From positions 1 through 64,000 of the forward strand of contig NW_024704917.1 in NCBI RefSeq assembly GCF_018977255.1: a stretch of 64,000 nucleotides of DNA, given 5' to 3'. Positions within the stretch are counted from its first letter, which is position 1. The number at the start of each line of letters is the position of its first letter. Of this stretch, positions 15,001 through 25,100 are shown piece by piece. A model generated the notes under the pieces. It saw only the letters and a list, made by a program, of their open reading frames with translations. It had not been told where the DNA came from and did not search any database. The position numbers and the translations under genes were made by a program. This DNA comes from Callorhinchus milii. Lineage: Eukaryota.

Positions 15001-15173
15001 CCAAGCAAAACTTTACATTGCAGATCTATCCGGACGAGGGAAACTCTGTGCGCGAGCTCAAGTGGAGGCGGCACCTCTACAAGACGATGACAGACTTCTT
15101 CGTTGACTGCTTCAGCCAGCTGGCACCACGTGTGCGAGACGAACGCGAGGACGACGATGATGAGGACGAGTGA
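3036..15173 (+). CDS. DPP10: Inactive dipeptidyl peptidase 10-like (DPP10/DPP6 family, Kv4 channel auxiliary subunit), 3' part; 5' exons lie outside the window
   Basis: Eight exons with canonical AG/GT boundaries: 3036-3105 (VPLQLMLPAGFTEEFLYPLLLI), 4185-4379 (DGVPGHQSV...IVARFDGRGAGFHG...HRKLGTVE), 5543-5597 (SLLELPYIDKNRIGVYGK), 5925-6023 (GYGGYLA...CGVAESPIFDPMLY; 1 nt short), 10982-11040 (ASAFSERYLGLP), 11574-11646 (FLIIHGTAN), 14260-14333 (VHFQHTAELIKHLI), 15024-15173 (IYPDEGNSV...acidic tail, TGA). The nucleophile motif GKGYGG is the DPP10 form (DPP6 has GKDYGG). Position next to CCDC93 matches human 2q14. Confidence 0.9.
4969..5003 (+). ncRNA. Minimal type I hammerhead-like motif in a Penelope-like remnant
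   Basis: CTGATGA-tgctgg-loop-ccaac-GAAACGTC; same core as the other copies in the window. Confidence 0.5.
6231..6847 (-). mobile_element. Putative solo LTR
   Basis: GC-rich 617-bp block bounded by TGTAG...CTACA, with AATAAA near the minus-strand 3' end. No clean TSD. Confidence 0.4.
7260..7680 (+). mobile_element. Degraded RTE-like LINE, C-terminal ORF fragment
   Basis: Frameshifted fragments PVLRYGSQYWALRRAE and IEEKRLQWFEHVM...VEGTKKVGTQKNRW resemble the RTE motifs PVLLYGSETW and RRLRWFGHV...GRPRKRW. Confidence 0.6.
11910..11979 (-). mobile_element. tRNA-derived SINE head (degenerate)
   Basis: Minus strand reads gggagctgTGGCCCAGTGGttagcac...GTTGAATTCC (A-box and B-box like). Confidence 0.4.
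12209..12647 (+). mobile_element. Non-autonomous Helitron-like element
   Basis: 3' hairpin cccgtc-cttc-gacggg (12621-12636), then CTAG 7 nt later, followed by T. GC-rich body with repeated gtgacgtca. The 5' boundary is approximate. Confidence 0.55.
12774..12965 (+). mobile_element. Penelope-like fold-back remnant with degenerate hammerhead motif
   Basis: Inverted copy of the tail (ggtaaagtcacgtag / ctacgtgaccttacc). CTGAGGA at 12847-12853 with GAAT in place of GAAA. 14-bp TSD tatttaaacaacat (12760-12773 and 12966-12979). Confidence 0.75.
13521..13620 (+). mobile_element. Penelope-like remnant with hammerhead motif
   Basis: CTGATGA-ttgc-ttgtgt-tgcaatt-GAAACGTC (13525-13556), then the family tail tacgtgactttaccgaaagaaccaaagagt. 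Confidence 0.7.
13861..14058 (-). mobile_element. Penelope-like fold-back remnant
   Basis: Inverted arms of about 70 bp. TSD aatagtgtactt at 13849-13860 and 14059-14070. Confidence 0.75.
14670..14949 (-). mobile_element. Penelope-like fold-back remnant with an intact minimal hammerhead on the minus strand
   Basis: Inverted arms of about 110 bp. Minus-strand hammerhead at 14780-14814: tcac-CTGAGGA-cggctgc-loop-gtggcc-GAAACGTC-gtga. 15-bp TSD aagatgtcaatatga (14655-14669 and 14950-14964). Confidence 0.8.
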
Positions 15174-18100
15174 ACTACGCTTGTAATTACTGTCGTGTCT
15201 AAAGGTGGAGACAGAGGGCGGCACAATAGGGTGCATCGCTTCTCATGGGGTTTTGCCTGCTAGTTGATGGCCATACGCGTGAATAACATTGGAGCAGCCA
15301 CCAGAATTTCTAGCTCATGTACTAGTTTGTACTAGTGTCACTTGCGCATTCAATTAGGTCTCCGTAGGAAAATAAGGGTAGGAGAAATGCCTCCAGCAAT
15401 TCCTGAGGTCACCTCGATGATATGCTATTGGTAATCGAATCCTGAGTTTGTAACTCATAGCTCAGCATATCAATTATAGAAGCAACGGTTTTAAAGTCAA
15501 ATTACGAATATCTTAAATAACTCTTTGAAACATTTTATTTTAAATAACAAAACATGTTTTATTTTTAATTATTAATATTTGTACAGTATAGGATTGCATA
15601 TACACTGAAATAACAATATATAGAGTATTTAATTTCGTGATCAAATTGATCAGCAATCATTTGATCCAAGCATGAGAGTGTTCATGTTGAGAATTCAACC
15701 ATCGCTGCATGGTAGTTGGAGCTCAGAGCAGCCACATGAGAAACCATGCATTCTAAATATTCTCCTTGATGTCCCATCCCCGCCCATTGCTTTCCAACGT
15801 GCGCACGGACTTACAACATGCTTTCTTTAAGCAATGTCTTGTGTCTCTTTATATTGCCACATCATAATTGAAAATATAGTCACTCCAAAAGAAGTTGAAT
15901 GCGAAATTGTTCATATTTCGGTAATCTGAAGGAAAATGAAACGGAAAATAATAGTGCTTGCAAACAACATTCATTTTAAATTAATGAATAATTTAGCTGA
16001 GTTGGTTGTTGACCATAACTACAGTTTCAAATATGTATTCCTCTCTCTACACCAATTACTGATTCAATAATTTTCACACGGACTATGCACAAAACTAGGA
16101 ATGACAATAGTAACTAAATATACTGCTCAGTATATTTTAACTATTTGCGGTGTTAAAAATAAAGTGATCCTGTGGAACCTGATACCAAATTCTTTGCGAA
16201 ATACACCTGCCTGAAAGATTGCAAAATACAGTTGTTAAATACAGAAATATTTCATAAGCCTACACTTGTTTGCATTCATAAGCATGTATTTCCCAGGACT
16301 TGTTAACGTGCATTAGTGTTCCACAGGGTCGCCTTTTTTAGGTGTGTATTTTATTGTCACACTATAGCACAAATGTTGCATCAATTACAATTGATTAAAG
16401 TGAATCCCTTTTCAATTATTGACAATAGGCTCAAGAGGAGCCATCTATTGGATAAGCACGAGTCAATGTTCATTCAATAATCGATTAAAACTCTTTCAGA
16501 AAACTATTAAGTGCAATATATACAAGTGTATTTTTGTAAACATTAAAAGCGTATTTAATTATAGAATGGTTAATGGTAACAAAAAATATTAACTTCTGTA
16601 ATAACATGCTGAAAATAACTTACTTTTCAATAACCATCATATCAAGCTATGAAATAGCAAATGTACTCAAATTCTACTAATATTCCTTGTACGATGGTAG
16701 GCATTTTATTTATAGTTTTTATTCTCTTTTTCTAACTTATGAAAATCTCAATTATAAAAATGTATGATTGTCCTTATTCAAGTTAACAACCAAATTTAAT
16801 GTCAGTACTCTGTACTTAAAAATTGAATCTAAAACATCTGCTACTGCATCATTTGAACGGTTATCCAGTATTCCACCATGTTTTTGACTTTCATTTTTTA
16901 AGAATGGCATATCACACACAGTACAATCGTGGAATATCTTCAATCACTATTCCAGGAATGTCTGTCCAGAAGTTGTGGACAGTTTCCAGAGGTCTCCATG
17001 ATACACATCCATCTGATCTGTATAAAATCAGACAATTCACAGGGTAAAACGTGAATTTATTTCCGATTAATTATTTAATAGATCTGTGCTTAATTTACCA
17101 AATGTACTGTACGATCACAGTGTGTAGTGCTCTGCTTTGAAAACCTTTCTGGTAAAGTTTTACGTAACTTATACACACACACACAATACATATACAATCA
17201 TATGAAGCTGTGCAGAGCCTCCACCTGTTTATTAATTTGCGCACGTCCTCTATAGAGTTCAGGATTCTGAGAGTTTGTCTTGCATTTCTGATGTTTGTAG
17301 CAATTCTTTGGTCCATAAAATGCATAGCCCGTGAATGCTTTGAACTGCTTGGAATTTTTATCAGTGTCCTGTAAATATGTTACTTTAATAAGCACTTTAA
17401 TGGACTCGTTATTGTGAATAAGTGTTAAATGTTACCAGTGTTAATGTTGCTGTGTCACATTATGCTTTAGGCCAGTTCCATCATCAATGTTCTAAAATGA
17501 TTGCCACATTCATTTTTGCCTCAGTGTTGTGTTTTCCCAGTTGATTAAAAACTGTGCCAAACATCACAGTGTGTTTGTAAACTTTTTGAACTAAACACTA
17601 TGTAGTAAAATAGTATTGTTTACAGAAATTAACGTGTTATATTTACTTATTCTTTTCAGGTAGTAATTATCCAATATAAAGTTGCCCATTTGAATTTGTT
17701 TAGGCCTTTTACAAATATTGTAATAACTTAAGCTGCATTAAAGTACCAGATATAAGGAATGCTTTTCAATTGGGACTCCAGAACCTAGAGTCTGCTGGGT
17801 GGCATTACACACTGGGTGAGTCGTTTGAGAATTATGGAGAGAAGAATGGAGGACGTTGTGGTTTTGTCCACTACTGGACATGTGTGAAAAAGAGCGTTAT
17901 AGCTCATCCAATTCCTCCAGTATAACATTCCTCATTTTATTTTCCACCTGTGGCACGTACACATATGATCATGCTGCCACCTGCTGGTGGGATTTATCAC
18001 GGGTCACAATGTTTTGTGTCACATCGCAATTGGCACTATTGTTGGTAATGCAATGATTTGTTATTTTTTTGTGATGCATTATTTATATAAAATGCTACAA

Positions 18101-18999
18101 AAATATTATAAATTTAAAGTGATTGGCTTATAAGGGTCCATGTACTCATGTTGTGCCACGATGAAAACAAGCTCTGAATTTAAGCTAAGTGTTCTTCATA
18201 GCTATCGTTATCTCGATACCTTCTTTAGAAACGTAAATTAATTATAAATGCAGGAACTGCTGACTGAAAGCTATGCAAATACTTTTTCATGTCAGCGATA
18301 GCACACAATATACAGCTTAATTTTAAGAACAATAGCCTGCAAGGTAAGGAGTGGATATTCTCATTTATGCACGATCTTGAGCAATTAGAATTTAAAGTTC
18401 AGATGTGCACACAGCTGTCCTTGCTGGTTTAAATACAAATTGAAAGGTAAATGCAGTTCTACTTTTATAGGTCGTTTGAAACAAATCTAATCAGAAAAGC
18501 AGCATCCGTTATCTTTGTAAAAAGTATTGGATATTAATTATACATTATTGCACATTAGGCACACAAAATGAATGTTTTCAAAATAATTCGAAACATTCTA
18601 CTCTTCCCTGGAAACTAACGGTTGTACCCCAAAAAACGTGTTGGCGAGTAAACCCTGTGTCTGTCAACCCATACGGTTTACCCGTATTTTTGAACAGGGA
18701 AATTGAGTTTCAGGTCGAAACGGCGCACAGCCTTTTCAATAGGGGCAACAAAGACATCATACGGCCAAAAAAAAATATTGTGGGACAGCTTTTTTTTACT
18801 CTGAAGAGTAGCGATCCCCGTAGCAGCCGAAAAATGTGATCCTGAAATTTGTAAAAACAGGATTGGGATGTACATGAATGATAGTGTATTGTTTAACCCT
18901 TCATAATTTACTGTTTAGTGTTGTACATTTACAAAATAAGTGTGTGCATCCACATATCAAGCAAGCAGCATCAGCATGCAAGATCACAGAGTAAGCATA

Positions 19000-19305
19000 C
19001 TGGTAGGATCCTCCTGGTTACACCAGCCTACAGGGGATTATTGTGTCCGTCCGTCATGCAGGGAGGGGCTGGGTGGGGAGGGGAGGGTGGGGAGGGGCTG
19101 GGTGGGGGGTGGGAGGGGTGGGGCTGGGTGGGGAGGGCTGGTCACCCCGTGGTGCCCTTATAAAACTCAACGTTTAACCTACTCACGTCGGCTTGTGCCC
19201 GCCCTCACAGTCGGCCATATTTGCGGAATACACCACGCCGCTGTTGACCCTGGCCATTGACCGAGCAACCCAACGTTCCTATCAGCTCCCTCCGCAGGAA
19301 TGTGT
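19000..19305 (+). mobile_element. Unclassified TA-flanked G-rich non-autonomous element, copy A
   Basis: TA-CTGGTAGG...GGAATGTGT-TA. Ends near-identical to 43466-43874 and 44306-44702, with a central (GGGCTGGGTGGGGA)-like array. Confidence 0.8.
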
Positions 19306-19786
19306 TAAGTAGCATCACTGACACCAATTATCAAAAGTAACACAAAAAAGGTTTTTGTTTAGTAACATAATTTTTGTCGATGTGTTTGTGTTTCTCCCTT
19401 GTGATGGGACTTTGTAGGATGAACGTTGAGATTGATAAGGGCACGGGTTGACCAATGAAGTCTTGAGTTTATCTGTAATAAGGTCGGCACTGATAAGGGC
19501 TTGACAGGTATGAAACCCAGACATTTAAAAATCGAGGACGTTTCGCTGGCGGTTACAAGCAGCGTTTAAATGATTGAATCCGAAAGCATGACGTCACAGG
19601 GAAACTGTCACATCCCCCACGTGGCACCGAGTAGCACGCCGGCAGTCACGTGAGCAGCTCGCGCGCCGGGGGGGCGTGGCTGGGAGGGGGGTGGCGGGTC
19701 ACGTGAGCGAGCCAGCTGCCCCTACGGCGTGTGGTGCTCACGTGACCATGACGTACTAACCCACGTGATAAGCCACTCCGTTAAGC

Positions 19787-20198
19787 CAGGGGTCTGGAAC
19801 CTTTTTGACTGGGAGAGCCATAAAAGCCAAATATTTCTAAATATATTTCATTGAGAGCCATATAGTATTTTAACGTATAATAAATGAAATATGTCTTACC
19901 TTTAATGCGACTTCTGGTGCTGCATGGTTTTGCTGATGACCTTGTAGTCTGGTTCATACGTGGTGAGGTTGAGCTTCATGCAGGCGTGACCCGTGAAATG
20001 TATCTTCAAAACTAATTTCTGTTTACTTTAAAATGACACAGTATTATTAAACAATATCACAAGTATTTTAAAATCAGTTCCAAACTGATTTTTTGTTTTG
20101 TTATTATTATTTTTTTTCAACTCAAAATTGTCTGGGAGCCATATGCCGTCACTGGAAGAGCCATATATGGCTCGCGAGCCATAGGTTCCCGACCGCTG
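19787..20198 (-). mobile_element. hAT (Charlie/hAT1-type) internal-deletion derivative
   Basis: TIRs caggggtctggaacct / aggttcccgaccgctg. Perfect 8-bp TSD cgttaagc. The minus strand keeps a transposase-like C-terminus, HACMKLNLTTYEPDYKVISKTMQHQKSH* (~19902-19988). Confidence 0.85.
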
Positions 20199-20628
20199 CG
20201 TTAAGCTGTCGTTTGTGTCCAGATCGCTTCTGCAAAAGAAGTTAGTAGCTCGGTTGTATTTACCTGGCAAAATAAACAAATCGTTTAGTTTTATTTGTGC
20301 ATATATATATTTTAACCGACTCGTTTACCTTTCCTATACTTTGCACTTCTGTAGTTTTTTTTAATTGCCTGTGGTTGTAAACGTTCTGACCCACCTCTTC
20401 TGTGCAATCCGAGGGACAAAAGAGCTTTATAGCTCATCGGATTCCTCCTGCAGTATAAAAAAAGATTCTGGATTCACGGCGGTCACGTGGAGAGTGGTGG
20501 GGGTCACTGAGCTTAGCGGCTGTCACGTGGAGAGCGGCGGATGCAGCGATGAGCGCTTCGCTCTGCGCTACGAACTCGTCGACTCGAGTTCGATTCCCCG
20601 CTCACGGCCAACAACCCGGTGACGATTA

Positions 20629-21311
20629 CACTGTGTAACATTCTTTTTTTGTTCCTGGGTAGTAAGGGGCCGTCCATAAATGACGTAATGCGATTTTGGA
20701 CGATTTTTGACCCGCCCCCCTCGTCACACGGCGTCACAAAGTCAGACCCCCTCCTCAAATATGACGTCACAAAGCTCTGCCCCCCCCCAAATAAAACATG
20801 CTTCAAATCGCTTTAAACTGCTGTCATTGTAGTGCGTATTTAATGTGCTTCTGCACTCTGATGTTGTAGGAGAAAACATTTATTTAAAAGTCTATTTAAT
20901 TAAGTAGAACGTGTTGTCTATATTTATTTAAAGTTGCGCATTTTGATGTGACGTCACATTTCTCACCCCCCCCCTCGTCACACATCGTCACAAATGTCTG
21001 ACCCCCCCCCCCCCTAGGTGAGTGACGTCGTTTATGGACGGCCCCTAGGTGTTATTTTCTAATTGCTTATGCCTTTAAAGTATAGAAAATGGCTATTATT
21101 CCCCACAAACTTTGCTTTTGTGACCAGGATTTATATGAAAGAATGACACAAATGCACAGGTTTTATCATTGAAAATAGGTACATTTCAAAATATCACTGT
21201 CCTGGTCACAAAAGCAAAGTTTGTGGGGAATAATAGCCATTTTCTATGCTTTTGAGGCATAAGCAATTAGAAAATAATACTACCCAGGAACAATGTTTTT
21301 GTTACACATTG
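20629..21311. mobile_element. Fold-back MITE interrupted by a nested Harbinger MITE
   Basis: The left arm cactgtgtaaca...gttcctgggtag[insert]gtgttattttctaattgcttatgcc...gaccagga mirrors 21200-21311. Confidence 0.7.
20666..21045. mobile_element. PIF/Harbinger (Tourist-like) MITE
   Basis: TIRs ggggccgtccataaa / tttatggacggcccc. 3-bp TSD taa/tag. Confidence 0.75.
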
Positions 21312-21513
21312 TTATCTGTATCGGTCGTGGGCCTCCCCTAGGTCGAACTCGGCTGTCAAATGAGTAACCTGGTGCGGTGTTATAGTTAAACATCGCCACT
21401 GGGGAGACAAAGGCGGCCCGGGCGGACTGGTGGCCACCCCACCACCCCCTCGTGTGCCAGTGGCCTCCATAGGCGCCGCTCGCTAACAGCACTCGCCCCT
21501 CCAAGTCTGTCTT

Positions 21514-22118
21514 TGGTGGTCACGTGGAGAGGGGTGGTGGTGGTCACGTGGAGAGGGGTGGCGGTGGTCACGTGGAGAGGGGTGGTGGGTGGTCACGTGG
21601 AGAGGGGTGGTGGTGGTCACGTGGAGAGGGGTGGGCGGTGGTCACGTGGAGAGGGGTGGTGGTGGTCACGTGGAGAGGGGTGGTGGTGGTCACGTGGAGA
21701 GGGGTGGTGGTAGTGGTCACGTGGAGAGGGGTGGTGGTGGTGGTCACGTGGAGAGGGGTGGTGGTAGTGGTCACGTGGAGAGGGGTGGTGGTGAGTGGTC
21801 ACGTGGAGAGGGGTGGTGGTAGTGGTCACGTGGAGAGGGGTGGTGGTGGTCACGTGGAGAGGGGTGGTGGTGGTCACGTGGGAGAGGGTGGTGGTAGTGG
21901 TCACGTGGAGAGGGGTGGTGGTGGTGGTCACGTGGAGAGGGGTGGTGGTGGTGGTCACGTGGGCGGAGCGGTGGTCACGTGGAGAGGGGTGGTGGTGGTC
22001 ACGTGGGCGGAGCGGTGGTCACGTGGAGAGGGGTGGTGGTAGTGGTCACGTGTAGAGGGGTGGCGGTCACGTGGAGAGGGGTGGTGGTGGTCACGTGGGC
22101 GGAGCGGCGGTCACGTGA
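21514..22118 (+). repeat. Minisatellite of 25 GTCACGTG-containing units immediately upstream of the CCDC93 start codon
   Basis: Unit is about GTCACGTGGAGAGGGGT(GGT)n, 18-28 bp. I counted 25 CACGTG cores; the last ends about 15 nt before the ATG at 22133. Confidence 0.95.
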
Positions 22119-22132
22119 GCAGAGCTACTGCG

Positions 22133-25100
22133 ATGGCGGCTGCTGCGGCTGCACCGCAGCGATCGCGTGCGGGGTCGAGAGTGGCGGCGGCGGCGGCGGC
22201 GCAGTACGACCAGGACGGGCGTCTCATCGAGGCGAGACACACACACGACGGCGGCGAGATGTACACACGCACCACACGTGTACTGAGAGAGCGAGAGGTC
22301 ATGGGTAGAAGCGTACACGGAGGTGGCAGGGAAGGGTGGGGGGGGGGTGTTTTAAAAAAAATTAAGTTTTTATTTATTTTTTGTCGCCCTGAGATCCTGT
22401 GAGAGCCATCGGCTCTGGAGTCTGTACCCCTGCGCAGTGCGCGGTACAGAGACGGCTGGGGGGGGCAGCTGTGTGTACAGTAATTACGCGTGCGGAACTT
22501 CTTTCGCACCGTACGTTACCGACCGTGCTCATCGGAAGTGCGATGAGCACGGTAGGTTAGGGGGGCAGGCACTTAGGGGGGCAGGCACTTAGGGGGACAG
22601 ACACTTAGGGGGGCCGGGCACTTAGGGGGGCGGGCACTTAGGGGGGCCGGGCCTTAGGGGGGCCGGGCACTTAGGGGGGCAGGCACTTAGGGGCCAGGCA
22701 CACGGAGAAACGTGGCGAGAGAGACGAGACGGTGTGGAATTCGCACAGAGATGGTTTACACGGAGAGAGGGGGGAGTGAGGAAATCAAGTGGGATCCAGA
22801 CACGGAGGGGTATGCAGAGAAATAGGCGCACATTGTGCACAGAAACACGCACGGGCGTTACAGAGAGGTGCAAATATGCACCCATGTAAATATGGTTCTA
22901 ATATACTCTTAGGTTTTTTCGGTAAAGTCACGTAAGTAAAAAAAACCTAAGAGTATGAATCATTGCAGTCACGAAAGCTTCAAATGTAGAATGGTTATAA
23001 TGTAGTCTATACCATACACATAGATGGGTATACAGTACGAGAAACGGATGCCTAGGTACACAGTGACAGTGAAGGATGTACAGTACCACTGCACGCAGAT
23101 GCACAATGGAGATATTCACCGCACAGTGGGTAGAGCGTATGTACAGCATATAGCGAGAAGGAGGAAGTGAGATTCTGAACCGTGCAGACATTTGCACGAC
23201 TCCTAACCGAAGAGAGATGACCGACTTACACGGACATACACAAACGAAATATATTTGGTTTATAATATTCGCTCGTTTTGCTGCTCTCCTGGTAGAACAG
23301 CAGCGAATCGTGTTAGAGTAGCCTTGGCCCATCGTCTTTTCGTCTGGGGTTGGAAGCAACAGCACCACCTGCTGGAATAATCACTGTAGTGTCTGTCATG
23401 ATTAGTTGGTTGTCCTTTGGTTAGACTTACAGTCACACCGCTCCCCGCCATAGGAACGTGGAGTTTTTAACACTAGCACAATACCTAATTGAGATATGTA
23501 CCACCAAGGGGTTTTTGGGCATTGCAACAGCATTTGTTTCAATGGAATGAGCCACCCTTCTGTTCAGCAACAATGATGACTGTTCAGTTAGGTACATTGT
23601 TGTGTTTGTGGTTACACTAACGATTAAAGTGCATTGCCGTGTGTAGGTGGAGACGCGAGAGGATGAAGAGCAAGGCGTCAAACTATCAGAGATCCTTGAG
23701 CTGTTAGTTGCTGCTGGCTACTTCCGTGCTCGCATCAAGGGGCTCTCATCTTTCGATAAGGTGGAATTTATGTTGCCTATTTTTGCATATTGAAAGCATT
23801 CTTAGATGTGCAAAATGTCAATGTAATGCTGCTGGGTTTTTTTTATTTCTGATTAATATGCGGGACGGCGTGTGCATGTTTTAATGAATGCATATAACTT
23901 TGTTAGTTTAGCTTATTGTATTATAGAGACCTGAAAAAAATCTTAAATGCAAGACCCAGTTATATATTTTTGCTTTGAGAGTACTTAACTGTTAGAAACA
24001 ATTGACAAACAATATCGTTTATCGCCCAAAAAATGTCTCACTGGAATATGTATGTTTGGTTAACAATTGAAGCCACCGTTAAATAAACGTGCTTTCATTA
24101 AAGTTGTTGTTGTGTGTTTGTAGGTGGTTGGAGGAATGACATGGTGCATCACTACGTGTAGTGTTGACATTGATGTTGACTTGCTCTTCCAGGAAAACTC
24201 CACCATCGGCCAAAAGATGTGAGGTTTGGAAAAGCATAACCAGATTTAAAACGTGAATGTCAGGCTATTGATGTAATACGTGTCAATGAGTTCCATAAAT
24301 GATGAATCCCTGCAGTCACGAAAGCTTTAAATCGAAAAATATTCATCCTTGTTATTCATCTGTTTGTACAAATGAGATTTTTTAGTAATTTGCCATGAGA
24401 CAGTTTTACTAGTTGAATGCTACTGCTGCTTCTGTGTATTTTCTTCACAGAGCCTTGACTGAGAAGATAGTGTCTGTTTTGCCGAGCATGAAGTGTCCTC
24501 ATCGGATTGAACCCCATCAAATCCAGGGTTTAGACTTCATACACATATTCCCTGTTATCCAGGTAACTTTAACAAGATTGTAACACTTCGCATTCTGCCA
24601 CTAATATTTTTCCAAAACATAAGTGAACGCCTTCTATAATAAATGTCTAATTTTGTATATGAAACACATTCTATAGTTTTACATGAATCTATACAAACTG
24701 TATAAAAACACAATGAAATGTTTGTTTTTAAGTGGTTGGTGAAGAGGGCCATAGAGACACGAGAGGAAACGGGCGACCACATTAGGGCTTTCTCCATCTC
24801 CCAGTTTAACAAGAGCCGCAGACTTCCAGAGGCAAGAATTTCATCAATTGTGAATTACATTTAAGCGTTCTAGAACATGCATGTGAAGTTTTGAAAAATA
24901 ATATATTTTTTGCATTTTTTTGTCAGGATGAGGAATTTTTGGAGCGGAAGGGAAAGGCGACCATGGCTTTGCTAGCTGCTGCTGTAAGTTTCTGCATGCA
25001 GTATCTCACTGTACGCAGTGATAACATGTCATAATTTTACATGAGTGTATTGTGAAATGCTTCACAAAGCTACTTCACTTTGCACTCCCTTTTTAACCTT

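Noticed and set aside
16690-17050. Possible minus-strand LINE RT fragment (LNLVVNLNK); a similar case at 4583-4700
   Set aside because: Only weak motif resemblance.
21280-22318. Repetitive ORFs (VVTWRG, GGHVER, TTTPLHV)
   Set aside because: They are translations of the stop-free minisatellite in several frames.
22557-22700. Interstitial telomere
   Set aside because: TTAGGG is embedded in a unit of about 16 bp, not arranged as tandem hexamers.
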